Part shown: in pieces, positions 7,818-16,163 of the stretch
How positions within the stretch are numbered: position 1 is the first letter of the stretch
Layout of the letters: every line of letters begins with the position of its first letter
Assembly (NCBI GenBank): GCA_034431475.1
Contig: DAOUDE010000074.1
Span: 31,348-95,347 of the forward strand
Reading direction: 5' to 3'
Source of the DNA: Thermomicrobiales bacterium
Lineage (GTDB): Bacteria > Chloroflexota > Chloroflexia > Thermomicrobiales > UBA6265
DNA length: 64,000 bases
Made by a program: the position numbers and the translations under genes
Notes under the pieces: model-generated
Seen by the model: the letters and a program-made list of their open reading frames with translations, nothing else
The model's database searches: none
Told to the model about the DNA's origin: nothing

Positions 7818-9490
7818 GCGCAGGACTCTCCAACAGCCGCCTTGCGGAACGGCTCGATCGACACGCCAGGCTGCTGGAGATCGCAGGCGAAAGCGCATTC
7901 CGCGCCCGCTCTTACCTGCGCGCGGCCGAGACGGTGCGCGAACTCGACGTTCCGGTCAACGAAATCGCCCGGGATGGCTTGTTGCGGACACTGCCCGGTG
8001 TCGGCGAAGCCATGGCTGGCGCCATCACCAGCTTGCTGGAGACTGGCTCGTTTGCCGGTCACGATGAGCTCACTCAACAGTTTCCCGAGTCGTTGCTTGA
8101 CCTCGCTTCGGTGCCAGGCATCGGACCCAAGAGCGTCAACAAGCTGTTCACCAAGCTCAAGGTCGCCACACTCGACGAGCTTGCGGCAGCAGCAGCGAGC
8201 GGGATTATTGCCGCCACCCCGGGGCTTGGTAATCGCGTTCAGAAAGCTGCCGTCGAAGGGCTGGCGCAGCTCGCCGCACGCACTGGAAAGATTCCGCTCG
8301 GCAGCGCTCGGGCGGCGGCCGCTCTATTCGCAGCTGCCTACAGCGTCACGCGTCCACAGGACGCGATTTCCGCCACTGGCGGCGTGCGTCGGTGGGACGT
8401 TCTGGTGGACGAGTTGCGCTTTGTCATCGCGACTGCCGACCCGGATGATGCACGCAACGCCATCAGCCGCCTTCCTGGGGTGGAGTCGGTCACGGCAGAG
8501 TCCGCGCATGAACTTGCCATCCGTTTCGATGACGACAAGTCGGGGCGCGTCTATCTGACATCGCCCGAGTCGTACGGGTCACTCCTCGCACGGACAACCG
8601 GAACCCCCGCTCATCTCGCACGGCTCGGCGAAATCTCCGACGGCCTCGCTGCCGAGGAAATGGTCTATGCCGCAGTGGGTCTGCCCTGGATACCGCCGGA
8701 ACTCCGGTCTGGCGACGAGGTCTTCACGAGGCTGGGCGAGATCCCAGATCTAATCACGACCGCAGATCTCAACGGCGAACTCCACGCACATACCACCTGG
8801 AGCGACGGGCAGGCGACGGTCGAAGAGATGGCCAGGTCGGCGAGGAAACGCGGGTATACCTTTCTCGGTATCACCGACCACAGCCAGAGCCTGGCGGTGG
8901 CCAACGGACTCAATCACGGAAGGCTGCTTGCGCAGCGTGCAGAACTGCATGCTGCGTCCTCCAACGTCGGGATCCCGCTCCTCGCGGGCGCAGAGGTCGA
9001 GGTACTTTCCGACGGGTCCATGGATTATCCGGACACGGTGTTGGCAGAACTGGATGTGGTTGTTGGCTCCCTGCACGGTGGGCTGCGGCAGCCTCGTGCC
9101 AAACTGGTCGATCGCCAGGTGCGAACGCTCCGCAACCCGCATGTCGATATCCTCGCCCATCCATCCGGCCGGCTCCTCGAACGCCGGGAAGGCGGCGATT
9201 TCGACTGGGATGTCACGTTTGCCACGGCGGCAGAAACCGGCACGGCGCTTGAAATCAATGCAGATCCCGCACGCCTTGACCTCGACCCGAAACTGGCCCG
9301 CATCGCCGCTGAGGCAGGGTGCCTGATCACTATCAACAGCGATGCTCACTGGGTTGATGGCTTCGACACGGTTGAATTCGGCGTCATGATGGCCAGGAAA
9401 GCCTGGCTGAAACCAGTCCAGGTGCTGAACGCCTGGGAGCCGGAGCGAGTGCTGCTCTGGCTCAGGGATCGTGCTGCGGCGCGTCGCTAG
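7814..9490 (+). CDS. polX: family X DNA polymerase / PHP-domain 3'-5' exonuclease (PolX)
   Basis: 558 aa; N-terminal 8-kDa and HhH motifs (LPGVGEAMAGAI, VPGIGPKSVNKL, TPGLGNRVQKAA). C-terminal PHP domain (GELHAHTTWSDG, GITDHS, SDAH). Confidence 0.9.
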   Translation: MSAGLSNSRLAERLDRHARLLEIAGESAFRARSYLRAAETVRELDVPVNEIARDGLLRTLPGVGEAMAGAITSLLETGSFAGHDELTQQFPESLLDLASVPGIGPKSVNKLFTKLKVATLDELAAAAASGIIAATPGLGNRVQKAAVEGLAQLAARTGKIPLGSARAAAALFAAAYSVTRPQDAISATGGVRRWDVLVDELRFVIATADPDDARNAISRLPGVESVTAESAHELAIRFDDDKSGRVYLTSPESYGSLLARTTGTPAHLARLGEISDGLAAEEMVYAAVGLPWIPPELRSGDEVFTRLGEIPDLITTADLNGELHAHTTWSDGQATVEEMARSARKRGYTFLGITDHSQSLAVANGLNHGRLLAQRAELHAASSNVGIPLLAGAEVEVLSDGSMDYPDTVLAELDVVVGSLHGGLRQPRAKLVDRQVRTLRNPHVDILAHPSGRLLERREGGDFDWDVTFATAAETGTALEINADPARLDLDPKLARIAAEAGCLITINSDAHWVDGFDTVEFGVMMARKAWLKPVQVLNAWEPERVLLWLRDRAAARR

Positions 9491-12400
9491 GAAGCAACCA
9501 GCACCTGCTCTGCCGGTTGCTTCACCCGGGCCGTCCCGGCCGCGAGTCTCACCGCCGCAATCCCTCCGACGGAAAGCAACTGATCTTGCAGTTCCTTGCT
9601 CCACTCAACGGAGCGCGACCGGCTGCGCAGGACGCGAAGCCGGCCACTGCGCATGGGAACCACGAACACGACCGGATTGTCACCTTCATACTGGCGCAAT
9701 ACGCGGTCAAGCTCTTGCAGCAATCGCACATCGGTCCATCTGTCCGACGCCGGCCCCAGCTGCACGACCACGCTTTCGGCTGGTGTCTGTGGCGCCGCAA
9801 GTGCTGGCAGGTCAGTGGTCATGGACTCACAAACGAGCTGGAGGGCTTCCCCGCGCTTCTCCAGCTTGCCTCGGATGTCGACGATGGTCCCTTCGCTCAG
9901 TACCCCGCTAAACTGCTCGTAGGTCGAGGGAAAAAGCACGACCTCCACCTGCGCTGACAGATCCTCAGCGTTAACGACGGCCATAGATTTGTTCGTTTTC
10001 GTCGTGATTCGCCGCACGCTCTCTATAATCGCCAGCACGCGCACTGAGCTATTGACCTCCAGGTGCTCGAGCTGCGAAATGTCGCAAATCGACCGGCCCT
10101 CCGGAGACGACGCAACTCTCTCCATGACCTCTGTCAGTGGGTGGTCACTCATGTACGTGCCAAGGAGTTCCTTCTCCCACTCGAGAACCTGCCGTGAGTC
10201 AAGCGTGACTTCTGGCAAGATGTCGACGGGCACTTCGTGAACGGAGGCCTCCCCAAAGAGATCCATCTGCCCTCGCGCCGACGCACGCTGTCGCTTCTGG
10301 GCGGCGCCGATTGCCGCATCCAGCCCCTCCAGGATCCCGCCTCGGTTGCCTAGCACATCCAGCGCGCCCGCCTTGGCGAGAGATTCCAGCACCCGCCGGT
10401 TCACAGTTCCCCACTCGATGGCGTCGCACAGGGCAGAAAGGCTGCCAAATGCGTGGTTTGGCGTGGCGCTGCGCTGGGCGACAATCGACGTGACGGCCCC
10501 TGTCCCGACATTCTTGACCGCCGCAAGCCCAAACCGTACCGCCTTGCCCGTTTCATGCGGCTCGACACTGAATTCGACACCGCTATGATTGATGCTTGGG
10601 GGAAGCACCACAATGCCGGATCGCCGGCATTCCGCGAGTAACGCGACGATGCGTTCGGTGTTGCCAAGTTCCGACGTGAGCAGTGCCGCCATGAACTCCA
10701 CCGGATGATTGGCCTTGAGGTACGCCGTTTGCGCGGCGATGACGGCGTAGGCGGCGGAGTGTGCTTTCGGGAATCCATAGCCCGCAAACTTCTCGATCAA
10801 GTCAAAGACTTCAGTCGCCAGCTTCTTTGCGATCGAGTTCTCGCCACACCCGGAAATGAACCGATCCCGGTACTTGGCCATCTGCTCCGGAAGCTTCTTG
10901 CCCATCGCCTTGCGTAGGCCGTCGCCTTCCGCCATGGAGAAGCCTGCCAGCACGTTCGCGATGCGAATCACCTGCTCCTGGTACAGCGCCACCCCGTAGG
11001 TTTCCGCCAGGATCGGTTCCATGTCCGGGTGCAGGTACGACGTCTCAGCCTTGCCATGCTTCCGGGATATGTAGTCAGGGGCCATCGCCATCGGCCCCGG
11101 CCGGATCAGCGCCATCAGCGCCACCAGGTCGTCAAAGCAGTTGGGGGCAACGTCGACGGTCATCCGGGCGGTCGTCCCGCTCTCCAGTTGGAAGACCCCG
11201 GCCGTTTCTCCTCGCTGGAGCAGCGCGAACGCATGATCGTCTTCGAGCGGGATGGTCTCCAGGGATATGTCGTGACCACCGGCCTGCAACAACGTGACGG
11301 CTTTCCCGAGCACGGTCAATGTGCGCAAGCCGAGGAAGTCCATCTTGAGCAGACCCAATTCCTCAAGCTGCGTCATCGGAAACTGAGTCGTGATATCCCC
11401 TTCGCTCTTGCCGCCAGCGCGCTGGAGAGGGACATGCTCCACGAGTGGGTCGCGCGAGATGACCACACCCGCCGCGTGGGTGGACGAGTGCCGGGCGATG
11501 CCCTCCACCTTGCGGGCGGTGTCAATCAACTCACGAACCGAATCCTCGGCATCGTAAAGCGCCTGCAGTTCTGGAACCTTCTCCATCGCGTTGGAGATGG
11601 TGATGCCAGGCCCGGTGGGAATCAGCTTGGCAACCCGGTCGACTTCGCCGAAGGATCTCCCCATCGCGCGGCCACTGTCACGAACCGCCGCCTTGGCGCC
11701 AAGTGTCCCGAACGTCACGATCTGTGCGACCCGGTCAGCACCATACTTCCTGACCACGTAGTCAATTACTTCGCCTCGTCGATCATCAGCGAAGTCAATA
11801 TCGATGTCCGGCATCGAGATGCGTGACGGATTGAGGAAGCGCTCGAAAATCAGGTTGTATTTCAGTGGATCGAGTCCGGTAATGTCGAGCGAATAGGTAA
11901 CGATGCTTCCAGCCGAGGACCCACGACCCGGACCAACCAGGATGCCGTTCTCTTTCGCGTACCTAATAAAGTCCCAGACCACCAGGAAGTAGTTTGAAAA
12001 CCCCATTCCGCTGATAACGCTCAGCTCGTACGTGAGCCGCTCCTCGACGGCGCCCGAAACGTGCCCATACCGCTTCTCGGCGCCAATCCGGCACAGGTGC
12101 TCCAGGTAGGCATCCGCCGTTTCGAACTCCGCCGGCCGCGGGAACTCCGGCAAGTGGTAGCCCTTGAAACTGAGATCGAGGTTGCACATCTCCGCGATGC
12201 GCATGGTGTTGCCGATGGCCTCTGGCACCCCGTCAAAAAGGCGCGCCATCTGCTCGCCGCTCTTGAGAAAGAGCTGGTCAGACTCGGTTTTCATGCGCTT
12301 GGCATCGTTCAAGGTTGCATTCGTCTGAATGCACACCAGAAGATCTTGCGCCGAAGCGTCCTCCTGATTGCAGTAGTGGACATCGTTGGTCGCCACCAGC

Positions 12401-12987
12401 GGCAGCTCGAGCTCTCGAGCGAGCGCAATCAGATCACCGTTGACCTGGAGCTGCTCCTTGATGCCATGATCCTGTATTTCAATGTAGAAGCGCTCCGGCC
12501 CGAAGATCTCCTTGAGCTTGACGGCGTAGTCTCGTGCCAGCTCGGGTCGGCCGTGCAGAATGTTGTTGGCCACCGGTCCGCCCAGGCAGGCCGACGTGGC
12601 GATGATCCCCTGGCCGAGCTCGCCCAGCATTTCAAGATCGATACGAGGCCGGTAGTAGTACCCCTCAAGCTGCGCCCGGGTGGAGAGCTTCAGCAGGTTG
12701 CGGTAGCCGGTTTCGTTTTCGGCAAGGAGCAGCAAGTGATAGGACTTGCGTTCCCGCGCCCGCGCGCTGCCCTCGGCCAGGTAGGCCTCTACCCCAACAA
12801 TTGGGTGAATGCCGGCTGCACTTGCCGTCTTGTACCACTCCATCGCTCCGTACATGACCCCGTGGTCTGTGACAGCAATGTGCTTGATACCCAGATCTTG
12901 CGCACGCGCGGCGTACTCCTTCGACCGGCCCATGCCGTCCAGCAACGAGTACTCGGTGTGGAGATGGAGGTGCGCAAACTCCGCCAA
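9487..12987 (-). CDS. dnaE: DNA polymerase III alpha subunit
   Basis: 1166 aa; PHP N-terminus FAHLHLHTEYSLLDG, palm/fingers and OB-fold regions; TTG start at 12985-12987 preceded by AGGAACAGGAG. Confidence 0.97.
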   Translation of the reverse strand: MAEFAHLHLHTEYSLLDGMGRSKEYAARAQDLGIKHIAVTDHGVMYGAMEWYKTASAAGIHPIVGVEAYLAEGSARARERKSYHLLLLAENETGYRNLLKLSTRAQLEGYYYRPRIDLEMLGELGQGIIATSACLGGPVANNILHGRPELARDYAVKLKEIFGPERFYIEIQDHGIKEQLQVNGDLIALARELELPLVATNDVHYCNQEDASAQDLLVCIQTNATLNDAKRMKTESDQLFLKSGEQMARLFDGVPEAIGNTMRIAEMCNLDLSFKGYHLPEFPRPAEFETADAYLEHLCRIGAEKRYGHVSGAVEERLTYELSVISGMGFSNYFLVVWDFIRYAKENGILVGPGRGSSAGSIVTYSLDITGLDPLKYNLIFERFLNPSRISMPDIDIDFADDRRGEVIDYVVRKYGADRVAQIVTFGTLGAKAAVRDSGRAMGRSFGEVDRVAKLIPTGPGITISNAMEKVPELQALYDAEDSVRELIDTARKVEGIARHSSTHAAGVVISRDPLVEHVPLQRAGGKSEGDITTQFPMTQLEELGLLKMDFLGLRTLTVLGKAVTLLQAGGHDISLETIPLEDDHAFALLQRGETAGVFQLESGTTARMTVDVAPNCFDDLVALMALIRPGPMAMAPDYISRKHGKAETSYLHPDMEPILAETYGVALYQEQVIRIANVLAGFSMAEGDGLRKAMGKKLPEQMAKYRDRFISGCGENSIAKKLATEVFDLIEKFAGYGFPKAHSAAYAVIAAQTAYLKANHPVEFMAALLTSELGNTERIVALLAECRRSGIVVLPPSINHSGVEFSVEPHETGKAVRFGLAAVKNVGTGAVTSIVAQRSATPNHAFGSLSALCDAIEWGTVNRRVLESLAKAGALDVLGNRGGILEGLDAAIGAAQKRQRASARGQMDLFGEASVHEVPVDILPEVTLDSRQVLEWEKELLGTYMSDHPLTEVMERVASSPEGRSICDISQLEHLEVNSSVRVLAIIESVRRITTKTNKSMAVVNAEDLSAQVEVVLFPSTYEQFSGVLSEGTIVDIRGKLEKRGEALQLVCESMTTDLPALAAPQTPAESVVVQLGPASDRWTDVRLLQELDRVLRQYEGDNPVVFVVPMRSGRLRVLRSRSRSVEWSKELQDQLLSVGGIAAVRLAAGTARVKQPAEQVLVAS

Positions 12988-13090
12988 CGTCGGCTCCTGT
13001 TCCTCTGATTGGTGCGGCCGAAACCGTCTGTGCGGGGAGAGATCATGATACTGCTTCTCGCCCCTCCTCTATAGAGGAATCGGCTACTGC

Positions 13091-13129
13091 GGAAGCAAAG
13101 AGCGCCACGGCAATCGTTGCCGGGCGCTC
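13091..13129 (-). terminator. hairpin terminator downstream of the XRE regulator gene
   Basis: GAGCGCC-AC-GGCAA-TCG-TTGCC-G-GGCGCTC (13100-13129), followed on the minus strand by TTTGCTT. Confidence 0.6.
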
Positions 13130-13158
13130 ACATGAACCTGCTCTGCTGAAAAACTCGA

Positions 13159-13596
13159 TCAGGCGGCAACGCCGGCCAAACCGGGGCCTTCTTCGCGCCG
13201 CATGGCGAACTGTGCCTGTTCCGTCAAGAGTCGCAGAACCTGGCGGATGTTCTCCCGGTACTCCATTGGGACCGCGTCGTTCTGCAGGAGATCCAGCACC
13301 TCTCCCAACACCGGCTCATCCGAAAGCAGGCTGGAAACATCGCGAGGAAGGAACCCGGCCGCCGCCAGGAGGCCATCTTCCTCGGTCTGGGAAAGCGAGA
13401 GCGCCGTTGCAAGACGCTCAACCGCGTCCCGAGTTGGCATACGAGCGCCACTCTCCAGCCGGCTCACATAGCTGTGATCGAAGTCCGCACGCTCCGCCAG
13501 CTTGCTCTGGGAAACCCTTCGTCCCTCGCGCATTGACTTGAGAAGTCCGCCGAAATCCGCGCCTGCCTGTCCCATTGCTCTCACAACCTCTGCCAC
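13159..13596 (-). CDS. XRE family helix-turn-helix transcriptional regulator
   Basis: 145 aa; LLKSMREGRRVSQSKLAERADFDHSYVSRLESGARMPTRDAVERLATAL is a Cro/C1-type HTH. GTG at 13596, or ATG at 13575 as an alternative start. Confidence 0.8.
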   Translation of the reverse strand: MAEVVRAMGQAGADFGGLLKSMREGRRVSQSKLAERADFDHSYVSRLESGARMPTRDAVERLATALSLSQTEEDGLLAAAGFLPRDVSSLLSDEPVLGEVLDLLQNDAVPMEYRENIRQVLRLLTEQAQFAMRREEGPGLAGVAA

Positions 13597-13633
13597 TGTC
13601 GGTCGGGGTGACCGCCTGGCTTTGTTGCCTACG

Positions 13634-13691
13634 AGTCAACGTGCGGGCGACCCGTTGACTGAATAGTATCAGAGCATTTCCCGCCAGTCAA
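13634..13691 (-). promoter_or_regulatory. promoter of the XRE gene with an inverted-repeat operator just downstream of the -10
   Basis: Minus strand: TTGACT (13691-13686), 17 nt, TACTAT (13668-13663), then AGTCAACG-N11-CGTTGACT (13634-13660). Confidence 0.55.
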
Positions 13692-13703
13692 TAGGTTCGG
13701 CCA

Positions 13704-13917
13704 ATTTCGACAGCGGCGAGATTTCCCATCCCCAAAACGACAGTGGTGGTCCCACTCGCATCCTAGCGACAGTCGCACTGTACGTTGAATGGACGCTACT
13801 GTCGAAATATGGAAAGCATTGAGGCCCTTCTCCGGCCTGTCTGCCGCCTGCAAGCTGGGATATGCTTCCTCGTGATGATTCGGGCGTTCGACTTTCGACA
13901 GTTGTGCCCGACGACAG
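13704..13917. repeat. cluster of (T)TTCGACAG / CGACAG motif copies in the XRE-folD intergenic region
   Basis: ATTTCGACAG 13704-13713; AACGACAG 13736-13743; palindrome GCGACAGTCGC around 13766-13776; inverted CTGTCGAAAT 13799-13808; CTTTCGACAG 13892-13901; CGACAG 13912-13917. Confidence 0.5.
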
Positions 13918-14002
13918 GTCCACCCTGGGTCGCGAGACGAGACCAAGGGTGTCAAGGGAAAACGCCAGAATCTGTGGGCTGGCCTGGCACAGCCGGCGAC
14001 TG

Positions 14003-14905
14003 ATGGGCATGACGGGGAGAAGCGATCTGTCAACAGCACGCTTGTTGCGCGGTGCGCCAGTCGCGCGGCGCATACGCCAGGACGTCCAGGTCGCTGCCGA
14101 GAATCTGCGTTCAGAGTTCGGGGTGCAGCCGGCGGTCGCGACGCTGCTGGTTGGCAACGCAGGTCCGTCAGCGGCCTATCACGAAGCGATCGGGAAGGCC
14201 ATGGGTCGTTGCCACATCAGCCACCTCGATGTCACGTTGCCAGTCTCGGCATCGACCCATCGCGTCATTGACGAGCTGCTGCGGCTGAACGCGGACCCGG
14301 CGATCCACGGGATCCTGGTGCTCTTGCCGCTGCCCCACCATATCGACGCTCAGGCGGTAATTTCTTCGGTGGCCCCGGACAAGGATGTCGACGGGATCGC
14401 GCCGCAGAGCGTTGGCCGTCTCCACCTGGGTCTCCCGGCGTTGCATCCAAGCACGCCGCAAGCTGGTCTGGAAATTCTTGACCACTACCAGATTCCTATC
14501 GCCGGGAAGCGGGCTACGGTCATTGGCCGCGGCAATGTCGTCGGTAAACCAATGGCAGCGCTCCTCACAGCGCGCGATGCCACGGTGACGCTCTGCCACA
14601 GCCGCAGCGTCCCGCTGGCCGAAGCCACACGCGAGGCCGACATCGTGGTCCTGGCGGCCGGCTTTCCCGATCTGCTGACTGGCGACATGATCCGGCCGGG
14701 CGCGACTGTCATCGACTTCGGCGTCAACGTCGCAGCCGGCAAGGTGTTCGGAGACGCCGACGCCGCATCCGTGATTCAGGTTGCAGGCGCATATACGCCG
14801 GTCCCCGGTGGCACAACCCCTGTGACCACCATGGTGCTCGCCCGCAATACGGTCACGGCCGCCTACGCCCTGGAGACCGCAGAGCCCACCTTTTCCCAGG
14901 GGTGA
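14003..14905 (+). CDS. folD: bifunctional methylenetetrahydrofolate dehydrogenase / methenyltetrahydrofolate cyclohydrolase
   Basis: ORF 13862..14905 trimmed to ATG 14003 (or 14009). ATLLVGNAGPSAAYH, ILVLLPLPHHID, GRGNVVGKPMAALL and PVPGGTTPVTTMVL motifs. Confidence 0.92.
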   Translation: MGMTGRSDLSTARLLRGAPVARRIRQDVQVAAENLRSEFGVQPAVATLLVGNAGPSAAYHEAIGKAMGRCHISHLDVTLPVSASTHRVIDELLRLNADPAIHGILVLLPLPHHIDAQAVISSVAPDKDVDGIAPQSVGRLHLGLPALHPSTPQAGLEILDHYQIPIAGKRATVIGRGNVVGKPMAALLTARDATVTLCHSRSVPLAEATREADIVVLAAGFPDLLTGDMIRPGATVIDFGVNVAAGKVFGDADAASVIQVAGAYTPVPGGTTPVTTMVLARNTVTAAYALETAEPTFSQG

Positions 14906-14957
14906 GCACGGCCGATTGAAGCGTCCTGACGCGGCATGGTAAAGTTCGCAGGTTCGT

Positions 14958-15031
<74 letters not shown>

Positions 15032-15080
15032 CGCAAAGCATGAGGGCCCAGAGTTTGCCTCTGGGCCCTCATGCTTTGCG
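15032..15080. terminator. 22-bp perfect hairpin, bidirectional terminator between tRNA-Gln and the convergent PD40 gene
   Basis: CGCAAAGCATGAGGGCCCAGAG-TTTGC-CTCTGGGCCCTCATGCTTTGCG begins immediately after the tRNA CCA. Confidence 0.75.
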
Positions 15081-15101
15081 TCAGATTCCGTGAAACCCGG
15101 T

Positions 15102-16163
15102 CTACGGATACCCCATGATAGGACGCGGCAGCGCCAGGTACGCGAGGTACGTGCCGTCAGCACTGAGCGCTGGCGACGTGCACGCCAACCCTGTCAACGT
15201 GTGCATGGTGGCTTCCGCGGTGCCTCCCCGCAGAACCGCAATCTGGCTCCCACTGTCTACCGCCAGCGTTCCGGTGGCATCGATCGCGGGATCGCGAGCG
15301 CCGTCAGCCAGAGCCGAGGTGACCGCCGACGGTTTTCCGCCCGTGGCTGGCAGCCGGTAAACGTCGCTCCGCCCCTCGACACTGGCCGAGTAGAGCAGGT
15401 CGTCAGTTGTCCTCTCCCAGATGATCGGAGCATTGGCCGTCATGCTTGTCAGGCGTCTTCCTGATCGCTCGGCAAGTTCCACGCGGAAGATCCCCGATGT
15501 CGCGCCCTTCTGCTCTGCCTGCACTGCCACAGCAATCGCCTCGCCGTCAGGCGACCAGGCCATGCTCGTCACGCTACTCCGTGCCACGTCGCTGTTTCCG
15601 CCACTCGCGCCACCCAGCGATGTCACCTGCTGCCGCATGTCCCCAATAACGTCGAAGACGCAAAGCTCATCGCCCTGTCCGTCCCAGCAGATGAACGCGA
15701 TCCGCGTCCCGTCTGGCGACCACGCAGGACCCCCACGCGTTACGATCGGGGGTCGGATGGCGCCATCTGGTCCGTCGTAGAGAGTTATGGGGGGAATCGT
15801 GGCCTCTGAATGGACGTTGACGATTCGCAGGAGCCGCGATTGCGGATCAAGGAACGCGATTTCGGAGTTATCTGGCGACCATGCCGGCCTGCCCACAATG
15901 TGCATCGCGGTCAGCAGGGAAACCTGGCTCGATGAGACGTTCCACACCTTCAGGCCGTGTTCGTCGCCCCAGGCCAGCATCTCACCATTCGGGGACCACG
16001 CAGGAGCGCCAAAAGTGTCGTCGATCCACCTGGGTGCACCCTCTGCTCCCGTGATGTAGAGCCCGGCGCGAGGCGAATCGGCCCTGCAGCCACAGAGAAT
16101 CAATGAGGCGCATGCTGCGCCAGACAATTGGAGCACCTGCCGGCGGGCAAGCCGCACGTTCAC
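15102..16163 (-). CDS. PD40 (TolB-like) beta-propeller repeat protein with Tat/lipoprotein-like signal
   Basis: 353 aa; N-terminus MNVRLARRQVLQLSGAACASLILCGC. Repeated AWSP(D/N)G blades (PAWSPNGEMLAW, PAWSPDNSEIAF, PAWSPDGTRIAF, MAWSPDGEAIAV). GTGA overlap with the recF stop. Confidence 0.8.
   Translation of the reverse strand: MNVRLARRQVLQLSGAACASLILCGCRADSPRAGLYITGAEGAPRWIDDTFGAPAWSPNGEMLAWGDEHGLKVWNVSSSQVSLLTAMHIVGRPAWSPDNSEIAFLDPQSRLLRIVNVHSEATIPPITLYDGPDGAIRPPIVTRGGPAWSPDGTRIAFICWDGQGDELCVFDVIGDMRQQVTSLGGASGGNSDVARSSVTSMAWSPDGEAIAVAVQAEQKGATSGIFRVELAERSGRRLTSMTANAPIIWERTTDDLLYSASVEGRSDVYRLPATGGKPSAVTSALADGARDPAIDATGTLAVDSGSQIAVLRGGTAEATMHTLTGLACTSPALSADGTYLAYLALPRPIMGYP

Noticed and set aside
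13065-13076. Perfect 12-bp palindrome CCTCTATAGAGG upstream of dnaE as an operator
   Set aside because: It is a single occurrence with no supporting promoter geometry I could establish. Noted but not called.
13905-14002. ZTP (pfl) riboswitch upstream of folD
   Set aside because: GGGTCGCGAGAC and ...CGACTGATGGGCA look superficially similar. The CUGGCG...ACCGGG pseudoknot elements and the CCGCCUGGGC 3' block are missing.
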